Part shown: positions 18,526 through 28,100 of the stretch, piece after piece
How the letters are laid out: every line of letters starts with the position of its first letter
How positions within the stretch are numbered: position 1 is the stretch's first letter
NCBI GenBank assembly: GCA_964610875.1
Contig: CAZSWP010000019.1
Location: 29,881-66,871 of the forward strand
Origin: an uncultured archaeon
Lineage (GTDB): Archaea > Asgardarchaeota > Thorarchaeia > Thorarchaeales > Thorarchaeaceae
Direction: 5' to 3'
Length of the DNA: 36,991 bases
Program-made: the position numbers and the translations under genes
Notes under the pieces: model-generated
The model's database searches: none
What the model was told of the DNA's origin: nothing
Seen by the model: the letters and a program-made list of their open reading frames with translations, nothing else

Positions 18526-18766
18526 TTGGAAAAGTTTGTTTCATCCAAAGCTAGTTTAAACATAATTTGATATGACCTGGGATGCACGCCTGAGCACTGG
18601 AATTTCTATTCGGTGAATGGCGATGACATTTCAATTCCATAAGAAGAATGTTATCAACCTGTCTGTGGATCCCCTTCTCTAAGGGTCCAGATGCATATGA
18701 CTGTCTGAAGCATATTGTTGAGAAACGTAAGGAAGGATAATATCTCGTTGTAATTCTTCATATCTG

Positions 18767-19330
18767 TTATTGTTTCAGCATCTCAGTAATCTTTTCAGGA
18801 TGCCAAGGAATGTTACTGAGAACTGGAGGATCTGATGTAACAAGTGTAGGAAGAACACAAAGGTTTGAAGCATCCAATAGTTGGCGTATCTTTTTGTGTA
18901 TAGCCTGTGTTGTTTCATCTCTTTGAATTACCTCAATGTATGAAATTCCAAAGCCATTGAGTAGTGAGGAATAATCCAACACATTTGAAGTAGTTCTTTG
19001 ATGTCCAGTAGTAGCGTATTCATTGTTGTCAAGAATTAGTATCTTCATGTTTTTTGGTTTAACAAAGGAAATCGTAACTAATGCTCCTAATCCCATTAAG
19101 AGATTGCCATCACCTAAGATTACCAGAACCTTTCTCTTTGGATTAGAAATTGCAGCACCTAGACCTACTGGAATCGCCAATCCCATACTCCCTCGAAGGT
19201 AGATTTGTGGTCTGGGTAGATAATGATAGATTTGCCTGCTGATATTTCCATTACTAGCTATAATCAGTTCATCACCTGAGAGAATTGAACCGAGTTCTTT
19301 AATTACTTCAAAGCCGTGCATAGATATCAT
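18767..19330 (-). CDS. ThDP-dependent sulfopyruvate/phosphonopyruvate decarboxylase beta subunit (ComE-like)
   Basis: GSMGLA..GLG, GDGNLLMGLG, ILDNNEYATTG.Q ThDP-binding motif. Confidence 0.82.
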   Translation of the reverse strand: MISMHGFEVIKELGSILSGDELIIASNGNISRQIYHYLPRPQIYLRGSMGLAIPVGLGAAISNPKRKVLVILGDGNLLMGLGALVTISFVKPKNMKILILDNNEYATTGHQRTTSNVLDYSSLLNGFGISYIEVIQRDETTQAIHKKIRQLLDASNLCVLPTLVTSDPPVLSNIPWHPEKITEMLKQ

Positions 19331-19818
19331 AGCACCCCCTGCTTCACCAACAACGCTACTGGTCTATCTGTTTCTTCCATTTTTGAGATTGCTTGGTTGA
19401 GAATCTCTTTCCAGTTTTGTGATTCTAAATCCCAGAAAGGAACGCGGTATGCATTCAGCGTTTCATTTGTGACTTCTCCCATTAACGAATGCTCTGGAAA
19501 GTCACGGTCTGGTTCAAGTCCTCGCAAACTAACCATAAATAACATGGGTAGTTTGTAGAGCTGGGCTAGTGATGTCAATGCATCACCAATTGTTGCAAAT
19601 CCAGAGTTTTGCATAATGACAAATGCTCTTTTACCATTGAAAGCAATACCCGATGCAATGCCCACAGCTTCATCTTCTCTCGTGGCTGTGATATATTTGA
19701 TTGTAGTTTCATCCTCAAGTGCATCGATTAGTCGAGAGAAATAGGAACAAGGTACTCCAGTAGCAAAGGAGAAGCCTTTGTTGGTTAAGAAACTTAGAAA
19801 CTCGATGTGGTCAATCAT
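19327..19818 (-). CDS. Sulfopyruvate/phosphonopyruvate decarboxylase alpha subunit (ComD-like)
   Basis: TGVPCS, TREDEAVGIASG, MQNSG, RG..PEH..MG; ATGA overlap with the beta subunit. Confidence 0.82.
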   Translation of the reverse strand: MIDHIEFLSFLTNKGFSFATGVPCSYFSRLIDALEDETTIKYITATREDEAVGIASGIAFNGKRAFVIMQNSGFATIGDALTSLAQLYKLPMLFMVSLRGLEPDRDFPEHSLMGEVTNETLNAYRVPFWDLESQNWKEILNQAISKMEETDRPVALLVKQGVL

Positions 19819-19895
19819 TGATTATCTGAGAATGCAATATTCCTTAAACTTGATGGTTCTTTGTGGTAGTATCTCATTTACATCAAGCTAAGATA

Positions 19896-20273
19896 CTAAT
19901 CGGTATCAGTGAATGCGATAACATGAAGCATCCTATATTCCGGATTAATGACCATCATGAGGCCATCCCAAGCAACGATTTTAAACCAGGGAGAAATTTC
20001 CCTTAGTTTTAATGAAGCGTTAGAAACACCAAAACCTCCGCTTACGTCCTCACCCTTGAAGTCTTCTTCATCTGCACAAAATATCAATAATTTATCAGCA
20101 TCTTTTTGAAGTATTTTTCTGAATCTAGTTTCTAATTCTTCCGAGTTAGAGATGTAGGAATAAGAGTGAGTTCGAAAGGACTCTTGAATTAGAAAATCTA
20201 CTCTTCTTCGGGATTTGTGATTTCGATAATATAAGTAGGATTGCTTTATGAGGGGTTCAACATCCCGATGAAT
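19896..20273 (-). pseudogene. 5'-damaged hypothetical gene
   Basis: Frame open about 60 codons upstream of the listed TTG without a start; protein-like C-terminus VAWDGLMMVINP..VIAFTDTD. Confidence 0.4.
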
Positions 20274-20462
20274 TCATATATGATTGCTTCAATGTTGCGA
20301 TACTGAATCACCTAAGCAAAATATAGAAAATAACACTCATTTTGTGAATTATAATAGATATAAATTTAGTATTATCAAATATTTATTTTCGCAAACACTT
20401 ATTATAGTAGAATATGACACCTGAATGGAATATACCATATGGTATTCTGTAGGTAAAGCGTC

Positions 20463-23400
20463 ATGACCGTTAGTCAGATTTTTATTCGAAAACATGCCGT
20501 ATTGCTAATTATAGCACTTTTTCTCTTTTCAAGTGGTCCAATTGGTATTGGCATGGTGAGTGTTGAATCTTCAATCGGAGATAATACTGAAAACAATGTA
20601 GTATCAACTCAAGATACTACTAATATTGCTGAAGATTTTGAACTAAGAACTGATAGTACAACAACACCGGAAGATACTGTCGAATTAGAAACAACACCTT
20701 CTAGCGGTGACTATAGCAATGAAGGAATAGCTCCAAGCTTTTCTGGATACGGGGAAACTTGGATGCCCGATTATGATAGATCTGCTATAGAGTGGTCACC
20801 CATTGAAGATACTGCGACTTACCGCAATTTGGAATATGCTCCTGATGGTGGTACCAGTTCTATTGAATCTGTGACGTACAATGCATTAACTGGTGTTGAG
20901 AGTACAACCGCTCCTGAATATACTCCAAGACCTGAAACAGGATCTGAGATATCAGTAACGGAACCCTATGCTGGATTACTTCCATCATATGTTCAAGAAT
21001 CTGTCTATGGCGATGATGACAGAACTTTGATTACAAATCAGGATGTGTTTCCGTGGAGAACAATTGTCAAGTTGTATATTACTGCACAAGATGGATCCAA
21101 ATTTGTCGGGTCAGGTATGATTCTTGATGATTTTCATGTTATGACTGCTGGTCATTGTGCGTATTTGCATGACCATGGAGGATGGGCTTCTAGTATTGAA
21201 ATTGTACCTGCGATGGACACTGCTGATACACCTTCAGACCCATATGGTCACGCATGGGTCACATTGATGCGTTCATATACTGCATGGGTGAATGATGAGA
21301 ATTCACAGCATGATTGGGCAGTACTCACACTTGATAGAAATATTGGTACCTACACCGGCTGGATGGGACGAATGACTGCTCCATCTGATAGCTCAATTTA
21401 TACTGATGAAGCTAATGTGGCTGGTTACCCGGCAGATTTGAGCAGCGGAGGACGATTATATTACAGTTATGAACCAGGTCGTGGAGCCACATCAAATAAC
21501 CACTATTACGAAGCAGATACTGCTGGAGGTATGAGTGGTTGTCCGGTATGGCGACTGACTGGCGGGAATCGATACATTATGACGGTTCATGCATATGGTG
21601 GTGGTGGCTCCCCCAATCCGAATTATGGAACTCGTCTGAATCAAGAAAAATATGACAGGATTTTTACTTGGCTTGGAGCAGATACTGCTCCTACGGATAA
21701 ACCCGATATGACTGATAGAGGTTCATCATGGCATTCAGCAACCTCGGGTCCAATAACTGCAACTGTAACAACCTTTACTGTTAGTAATGACGTTAGGAAT
21801 GTAGGTACTGATACTACAGGAGGCTTTTGGGTGCATTACTATGCATCATCAAACAATTTCATTTCTACAGCTGATTACTACATTGGATCGGATTATCTGA
21901 GTTCGATGGCTCCATTCAGTGAACAAACTGCAAGTTGGAGTGGAACATTTCCTGATATTCCAGCAGGAGATTACTATATTGGTTGGATCATTGACAAGGA
22001 CAATAATGTGGATGAATTTGATGAGAATAACAATAAAGCGTATATTGCAACAAAACGTACGGTTTTAGGGTCTCCGCCTCCTACTGGATATATTGAAGTT
22101 AGAGTTAGAGATAGTGTGACATTAACTAACCTTCAAACTGCTTTTGTTGAAGTCTATGATGATACTGACACATTAGTTGATACTGGATATACTGATTCAA
22201 ATGGTTTCTACAACGTAACAGCTTTGGACGTAGGCTGGTATACAATTGATGTTTCAAGATATGCATATTATAGTCAATCCAAACAAAATTACATCAATTG
22301 GGATGGTGATGATGATTATCTATACTTCTACTTAGAGATGATGCCAGAAGATTCTGGATATATCGAAGTGAATGTTAAGGATAGTGTAACTAATAATCCA
22401 ATTTCCGGGGCTCTTGTTAAAACCTATAATACTACCTCCGGATTGGTTGTTAATTCTGGATATTCGGATGCGTCTGGATTTTATAACGTAACAAACTTGA
22501 GAGTTGGTTGGTATGAAGTTAGAGCATCTAAAATTTCGTACAAATTACAGATGAAACAGAACTATATCAATTGGAATGGCGATGATGACTATCTGCACTT
22601 TTACCTAGAACAATTCCCGCCTGACTCTGGGTTTATAGAAGTCAGAGTGTATAATGAAACTGGAAGTCCTAGAGAGGCTGCGTTTGTAGAATGTGTAAAT
22701 GATTCATCAGGTCTGCTAATAGATTCAGGATATACCAATATCAATGGGTTCTATAACATAACAGGACTAACAATCGGTTGGTATACCATAAATGTCACTT
22801 ATGCAGCGTATTATGAACAATCAAAATCAAACTACATCAACTGGTATGGCGATGATGACTATCTAACATACTATCTAATGTCCATGCCTCCCGATAGTGG
22901 ATATATTGAAATTACAGTATACGATAGTGGAACACTCTCACCTATATCTGTAGCATATGTGGAAATAGTGAATGATACATCTGCGTCTGTTATTCAAACC
23001 GGATGGACGGATTTTTCAGGCTTCTTTAAGGCTGAAAATCTAACAATAGGTTGGTACACAATTACTGTTACACAAAATGGTTACTATGACCAATCGGTAC
23101 AGAATTATATCAATTGGAATGGAGATGATGACTACATTAACATGTATCTAGATGAATATCCTCCAGACTCAGGATACATCGAAGTATATGTGAGGGATAG
23201 CATTATTTATCAACCACTAGAAAATGCGCTTGTAACATGCAATTTTGCTAATGGCACATACTTTACAAGTGGCTATACTGATGCTTCAGGACTCTTCAAT
23301 GTAACAGGACTATATGTTGGTTGGTATGAAATAGTTGTCACACATCCAGACTATGGAGGTGAATCCAAGCAGAATTACATTAACTGGAATGGTGATGATG

Positions 23401-25544
23401 ACTATCTATACTATTATCTTGAGATAAAACCTCCAGGATATATAGAAATCACCGTCATCAATAGTCTGTCAAATGGTCCAATGGAAAATGCCTTTGTTCA
23501 GTGCTATAACTATACGACCGGTGAATTGTTTGATTCTGGCTACACTGATAACTCAGGGTTCTACAATGTCACTGATTTATTGAAGGGTTGGTGGGTGGTA
23601 AATGTATCATATCCCGGATTTCGTATAGAATCTAAGTTGAACTATATTAACTGGCGTGGGGATGATGACTACCTAACCTTCTATCTCTCAAGTGATATAC
23701 CTCTATTCACTGGAGAAGTGGCAATATTCCGGGACAGATTACCATGGAACTTGAATATGACTGAACCAATCTTGGACATGTACAACATATCATATACAAT
23801 CTATAACTCATCTGATTTCGGTCAGGTGAATCTTTCTCAATATCGAAAGGTGATTATTCCATCTGATCAAACTTCAGAGTTCTATGCTGCATTTGCGGGT
23901 AATAGGTCTTGGTTTGAGAATTTTGCATCTCAAGGTGGCATTCTTGATTTGCGCTTAGCTGACTATGGATGGGGTATGGGTAATTGGGACAATATGATAA
24001 TGCCAGGAGGTCTAAACAAGACCAAGTTATACCTTGATAGTGTTGACATCTCAATGACTCATCATACACTTGTCAACAGTCCCTTTGTTGTTGAGGATGT
24101 GGAACTTGATGGCTGGCTCTATTCTGCACATGGTTACTTCAATCAATATCCTGAAGATGCACATGTGATTTGTGTGGATCATGCTATGCAAGAACCTGTT
24201 TTACTGGAATTTAGAATAGGTGCAGGTTTCGCAATCGCTACGATGCAGACCTTGGAGTGGAACGAGAATTTGAATTATACTTCAATACTAGAAAATATGA
24301 TTCTCTACGATCCACTACTCGGCTTTGATTGGGTAAGTATTACGAATCCAAGTTCAGCAAGTAGCTGGCATGCAAAATCAACAATGGGTATTACTTGGGA
24401 CACTACTGGTACAATATCCGATGTGAAACTTGAACTCTATGACGATGGTTCGTTCGTAATGGAGATTGTCGGTAAAACTCCAAATGACGGAGAGTTTTCG
24501 TGGAATATTCCAGAAGGATTGTCAGATTCTAATCAATATTATATTGTGATATCCGATTATACTTATCCATCAACAAATGGCACTAGTGAGAATTTTGAGA
24601 TTTTCACAGATGTGACCAGTCCGGATGTAGACCATCCTATTGATATCATTTACTTCGAGGGTACGACTGGCCATTCGATAGATTGGACACCTTCAGACGA
24701 CCATCCTGTTAGTTACGAGATATTCCTGAATGGTTCTTTGGTTAAATCAGGACTTTGGAACTCTTCTTCAGAGTCTATTTCAATCCTAATAGATGGTTTG
24801 GACTTGGGTATTTACAACTATACAATCGTGGTCATGGACATTGGAGAGAATGTTGCCACAGATGATGTCATTGTAACTGTCATTGATGGTACAACTCCTG
24901 TTATTGATCATCCCACCGATGTTGAATATTCTGAGGGAACTACTGGTCATGAAATAACTTGGACCCCAACAGATGCTCATCCAGTAAGTTATGCTATATA
25001 CTTAGATGATGTTCTAGTCAAGTCTGGATTATGGAATTCATCATCGGACTCTATTACTATCGTTGTTGATGGTTTGGCATTAGGTGAATATAACTATACA
25101 ATAGCTGTTACAGATATCGGCGGGAACGTTGGTACAGATGAAGTCACTGTGACAGTAATAGATGATATTGATCCTACAATTGACAATCCATTAGATATTC
25201 AATATGAGTTCGGTACAACAGGACACAATATCACTTGGATAGCTGATGACCTACATCCTGATTCCTACGAAATCAGAAGAAATGGTACTCTGGTGGAATC
25301 AGATGATTGGACTGGTTCTTCGATTGTTGTAGATGTGGATGGTAATGATATTGGAGTTCATATCTACACGATAACTGTATGGGATACATCTGGCAACTCA
25401 GTGTCTGATTCCGTAATAGTTGTAGTTGTACCTGCAGGAGCTGGAATATCGATACCGATGGATGCAATGACCACTATCGCATTGATAGGTGGAGTTGGCG
25501 TAGTTATCGTCATTATCCTAATACTGCTCAACAAGAAGAAATAG
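20463..25544 (+). CDS. Large membrane-anchored trypsin-like (glutamyl endopeptidase type, S1B) serine protease with CARDB-like and Ig-like repeats
   Basis: Signal/TM, propeptide, SVYGDDDR mature start, triad TAGHC / HDWAV / DTAGGMSGCP, CARDB-like domain (NVG..DEFDENNN), repeats, C-terminal TM + KKK. Confidence 0.88.
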   Translation: MTVSQIFIRKHAVLLIIALFLFSSGPIGIGMVSVESSIGDNTENNVVSTQDTTNIAEDFELRTDSTTTPEDTVELETTPSSGDYSNEGIAPSFSGYGETWMPDYDRSAIEWSPIEDTATYRNLEYAPDGGTSSIESVTYNALTGVESTTAPEYTPRPETGSEISVTEPYAGLLPSYVQESVYGDDDRTLITNQDVFPWRTIVKLYITAQDGSKFVGSGMILDDFHVMTAGHCAYLHDHGGWASSIEIVPAMDTADTPSDPYGHAWVTLMRSYTAWVNDENSQHDWAVLTLDRNIGTYTGWMGRMTAPSDSSIYTDEANVAGYPADLSSGGRLYYSYEPGRGATSNNHYYEADTAGGMSGCPVWRLTGGNRYIMTVHAYGGGGSPNPNYGTRLNQEKYDRIFTWLGADTAPTDKPDMTDRGSSWHSATSGPITATVTTFTVSNDVRNVGTDTTGGFWVHYYASSNNFISTADYYIGSDYLSSMAPFSEQTASWSGTFPDIPAGDYYIGWIIDKDNNVDEFDENNNKAYIATKRTVLGSPPPTGYIEVRVRDSVTLTNLQTAFVEVYDDTDTLVDTGYTDSNGFYNVTALDVGWYTIDVSRYAYYSQSKQNYINWDGDDDYLYFYLEMMPEDSGYIEVNVKDSVTNNPISGALVKTYNTTSGLVVNSGYSDASGFYNVTNLRVGWYEVRASKISYKLQMKQNYINWNGDDDYLHFYLEQFPPDSGFIEVRVYNETGSPREAAFVECVNDSSGLLIDSGYTNINGFYNITGLTIGWYTINVTYAAYYEQSKSNYINWYGDDDYLTYYLMSMPPDSGYIEITVYDSGTLSPISVAYVEIVNDTSASVIQTGWTDFSGFFKAENLTIGWYTITVTQNGYYDQSVQNYINWNGDDDYINMYLDEYPPDSGYIEVYVRDSIIYQPLENALVTCNFANGTYFTSGYTDASGLFNVTGLYVGWYEIVVTHPDYGGESKQNYINWNGDDDYLYYYLEIKPPGYIEITVINSLSNGPMENAFVQCYNYTTGELFDSGYTDNSGFYNVTDLLKGWWVVNVSYPGFRIESKLNYINWRGDDDYLTFYLSSDIPLFTGEVAIFRDRLPWNLNMTEPILDMYNISYTIYNSSDFGQVNLSQYRKVIIPSDQTSEFYAAFAGNRSWFENFASQGGILDLRLADYGWGMGNWDNMIMPGGLNKTKLYLDSVDISMTHHTLVNSPFVVEDVELDGWLYSAHGYFNQYPEDAHVICVDHAMQEPVLLEFRIGAGFAIATMQTLEWNENLNYTSILENMILYDPLLGFDWVSITNPSSASSWHAKSTMGITWDTTGTISDVKLELYDDGSFVMEIVGKTPNDGEFSWNIPEGLSDSNQYYIVISDYTYPSTNGTSENFEIFTDVTSPDVDHPIDIIYFEGTTGHSIDWTPSDDHPVSYEIFLNGSLVKSGLWNSSSESISILIDGLDLGIYNYTIVVMDIGENVATDDVIVTVIDGTTPVIDHPTDVEYSEGTTGHEITWTPTDAHPVSYAIYLDDVLVKSGLWNSSSDSITIVVDGLALGEYNYTIAVTDIGGNVGTDEVTVTVIDDIDPTIDNPLDIQYEFGTTGHNITWIADDLHPDSYEIRRNGTLVESDDWTGSSIVVDVDGNDIGVHIYTITVWDTSGNSVSDSVIVVVVPAGAGISIPMDAMTTIALIGGVGVVIVIILILLNKKK
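22086..23690 (+). repeat. Six tandem ~90-aa beta-sandwich repeats (carboxypeptidase-regulatory/CnaB-like)
   Basis: Units start near 22086, 22356, 22629, 22899, 23172, 23436; consensus GYIEV.V.D..A.V..GYTD.SGFYNVT.L.VGWY.I.V..NYINW.GDDDYL. Confidence 0.9.
24609..25430 (+). repeat. Three Ig-like repeats
   Basis: D..P.IDHP.D..Y.EGTTGH.I.W...D.HP.SY.I...G.YNYTI.V.D..GN...D.V.V.V, three times. Confidence 0.85.
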
Positions 25545-25570
25545 AGGAATGCATTACATTCACATGTGTA

Positions 25571-25609
25571 GAGACATCCATCATCCGATGGATGCTTCTC
25601 GACTTTTTT
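25571..25609 (+). terminator. Hairpin + T-tract terminator after the protease gene
   Basis: CATCCATC-ATCC-GATGGATG stem extended by GAGA/TCTC, then T6. Confidence 0.65.
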
Positions 25610-25675
25610 CTCATGCGTAAAAACTATTTTGGACCTCCAGCTAGGTTTATCTAGTTATGGATTGGAGTTTTTGGT

Positions 25676-26137
25676 TTGGAGATTAGAGAAGGTATTCCTG
25701 AAGATGCAAAAGACATAGTTCCACTTATAGGAATGGGAATCGAAGAAGGTGTATTCCATAATCGAGCTGTTTCCGTCAAAGGATATCTTGAGTTCGCATT
25801 TCATAACCGTAGACAATGATTCTATCTTTTTGTTTATGAAATAGATAATGATATTGTTGGGTATATGGATTCACAAATAGGGAAATATGGGGTTGGAGAA
25901 ATTCTTGGAGTTTACGTTCACAAAAAATATAGAAGAATGGGAATTGGAAGGCGACTTATGGATTAGACCTTGGATCAATTCAGAGTTAGTGATTGTCATA
26001 AAGCACGAGTTTGGATTTTTGCTGATAACAAGGGAGCTGTTGAGTTCTATAGCAAAATGGGTTTTATGCAGGAAGGATATCTAAAGAAAGATGAAGAAAG
26101 AAGGGACACCATCATTATGGGCAAATTTTGGGAGTAA
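25676..26137 (+). pseudogene. GNAT acetyltransferase with two in-frame stops
   Basis: Single frame of 154 codons: LEIREGIPEDA..IVGY..VYVHKKYRRMGIGRRLM..NKGAVEFYSKMGFMQEG; TGA at 25817 and TAG at 25964; not in the ORF track. Confidence 0.85.
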
Positions 26138-26242
26138 TCCTTTGCTACTATACTTGTTTCATCAATGCGCGAAATGGTGCAGATTCAATCCTTTGATAGT
26201 ATATAACTGCAAGCTAATATTCTGTTGGAGGGATCCAGAACT

Positions 26243-26344
26243 ATGAAGATGATGAAAGCTGTTGTATGTGAAAGATATGGCCCTCCTGAAGTTCTCAAAC
26301 TGAAAGACATCGAGAGACAATGAGTTGCTGATAAAGGAGTTCAT
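26243..26344 (+). pseudogene. N-terminal fragment of an MDR quinone oxidoreductase / alcohol dehydrogenase
   Basis: MKAVVCERYGPPEVLKLKDIE then, after a small deletion, DNELLIK; truncated just before the tnpB-like element. Confidence 0.7.
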
Positions 26345-26422
26345 TAGCACTCTTCTGAACAAGATAGGGAGTGAACTCGAAAGAAACAGGTCAGAAGTTT
26401 AAATAGAACCAGGTGAAGTGAA

Positions 26423-27118
26423 ATGGGTCGCTCTAAGGGTGTCATCATCAGCGTGAAAGTCCCGATAAAGTGGGGTGCTATGACTGATAGACAGAAGACT
26501 CGCCTCAACCGGATAACTGGAAGAGATTCGAGAGTAATCAAAGCATATCTTGGAGTGATTGAACGTCACGAGGACAAATTGCTGACAGGCAGCAAACGGA
26601 CAAGAATTGATGCCTCTCTCTTAGATCAGCTCACTCTGACTGCATCTAAGGGTAAGGCGAGTAGGAACTGTGTACCACACGATTTCAAGGAAAAGTTTCC
26701 CAATATATCAGTGAATGAGTTTCAGGAGTGTAGAGACACAGCCATGGCTATGTGGCAGAGCTATCTTGAGCTTGAAGGTTCAAAACCTCTTAGAACAAGG
26801 GGATACACTTCTCGTAAGATACCACGATTTGCTTTTACTCAACGTTTCAAGGTTGTCTATGCTCCAGACCTTGAGATAAAGCATTGGTTGCAATTGAGAG
26901 ACTCTCTTGATTCAGTTTCTGAGAGACGGACAATTCATGATAAGATCATGATTCCACTCTCAATATCTTCGTTTCATCTCAATCAGATGGAAAGAGGAGA
27001 GGTCAAGATAGTGCGTATCTTCAAGGACTCCCGTCGAAAGTGGTGGACTATCTTTACTGTTACCGTTCATTGTAAATTATACAAAATATGGTTTCAATTA
27101 CTTTCTAATGTATCCTGA
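26423..27118 (+). pseudogene. tnpB: Truncated TnpB/Cas12f-like protein (N-terminal lobe only, no RuvC)
   Basis: Basic protein with TnpB-like layout: N-terminal strand, helical region, ..IPLSISSFH..GEVKIVRIFK..KWWTIFTV, then ends before the expected GxD RuvC-I; family call by resemblance only. Confidence 0.55.
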
Positions 27119-27173
27119 CAATGAGGATAAAGAATGCTAAGCATTTAACCCACTAACATAAAAAAAGGTATAG

Positions 27174-27194
27174 AGGCAATCTTGTCGATTGCCT
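27174..27194 (-). terminator. Hairpin terminator for the 27205-27555 gene
   Basis: AGGCAATC-TTGTC-GATTGCCT with T7 downstream on the minus strand. Confidence 0.6.
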
Positions 27195-27204
27195 TCTGAA
27201 CGAT

Positions 27205-27555
27205 TCATTTGTATGGTTCTCTAATGGGTGGAAGAACCATGATGAATACAATCAAGACGGCAAATGTGATTGGAAATGCCATCAACACCGGATCAGATAA
27301 AATAAAAATTGCTGCAGGAATGGTGAGAATATTTAAAATCAAGGCATATAGCCATCCTTCCTTCTTCATAGGTTTAAGGAATAGCAACGCAACTAGAACC
27401 ATGGCGAGTCCAAGAACAAGCCCAATTGCTGCGAGTGGTGTTACGAATATCAAACCAAACAGAGAAAATAACGTGAGAAACGCTCCGTATCCAAGATTGA
27501 TGCCCCAGACGATTATCGGTGCTACATTTGCAAATTCTTCCGAGTCAAATGACAT
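27205..27555 (-). CDS. Small integral membrane protein
   Basis: Four hydrophobic segments, ATG start, own terminator. Confidence 0.75.
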   Translation of the reverse strand: MSFDSEEFANVAPIIVWGINLGYGAFLTLFSLFGLIFVTPLAAIGLVLGLAMVLVALLFLKPMKKEGWLYALILNILTIPAAIFILSDPVLMAFPITFAVLIVFIMVLPPIREPYK

Positions 27556-27796
27556 TATGTATTCTACCTACTGAAATCCCCTCACACACAAGATAGATGC
27601 GTGCTGAATTTCATAAATGGACTACACAAACCATCATTTAGGCATATCGTTTTATGGAACTATGAGAACATTTGGATTATGCTTGATTGGTTTGTTTCCT
27701 TTGCTCTGGTCTGTACTTATAATATACACACGACTAGACATTATGTTGATGAAAATGTATGCGGGAGATATCGTCAAGTTACGACGCTTGGACTCG

Positions 27797-27960
27797 GCAG
27801 ATGCATATCTTGCTATAAATAGACGAGAATACGGGGTTCTCTTCAAGTGCAATAAGGATTTTGGCATCGTAAAAGCTTACCTGATATAATCTTTCGACGG
27901 ACAAAGATTCTCTTGGGTGGCGACGTCTGCTGTGATCAGTTTTTTCAGACAAGAAGTAAT
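27797..27960 (+). pseudogene. 3' fragment of ATC-hydrolase-like (L-2-amino-thiazoline-4-carboxylic acid hydrolase family) gene, copy 1
   Basis: ADAYLAINRREYGVLFKCNKDF..(frameshift near 27881)..FRRTKILLGGDVCCD; aligns with 34729-34893. Confidence 0.7.
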
Positions 27961-28100
27961 CCGAAAGATGTAGCTCCTTAGTTTGGAGAGTTTCAAGTAA
28001 TTTCAATAAATTACCACCAATGTTTATTGGAATACAAGACAAATTAATCAACAAGCTTGAAGTTATAAGATTGGAAAACAGCTATTCTAATAGATGAAGG

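Noticed and set aside
22086-23690. Regular repeats as a possible CRISPR array or DGR
   Set aside because: Period is about 270 nt, in frame and diverged at synonymous sites: protein domain repeats
8950-25966. Genome-wide amber recoding
   Set aside because: Many intact genes in the window (Nudix, tfb paralog 2, arsM, TPR, protease, vapC) end in TAG at expected C-termini
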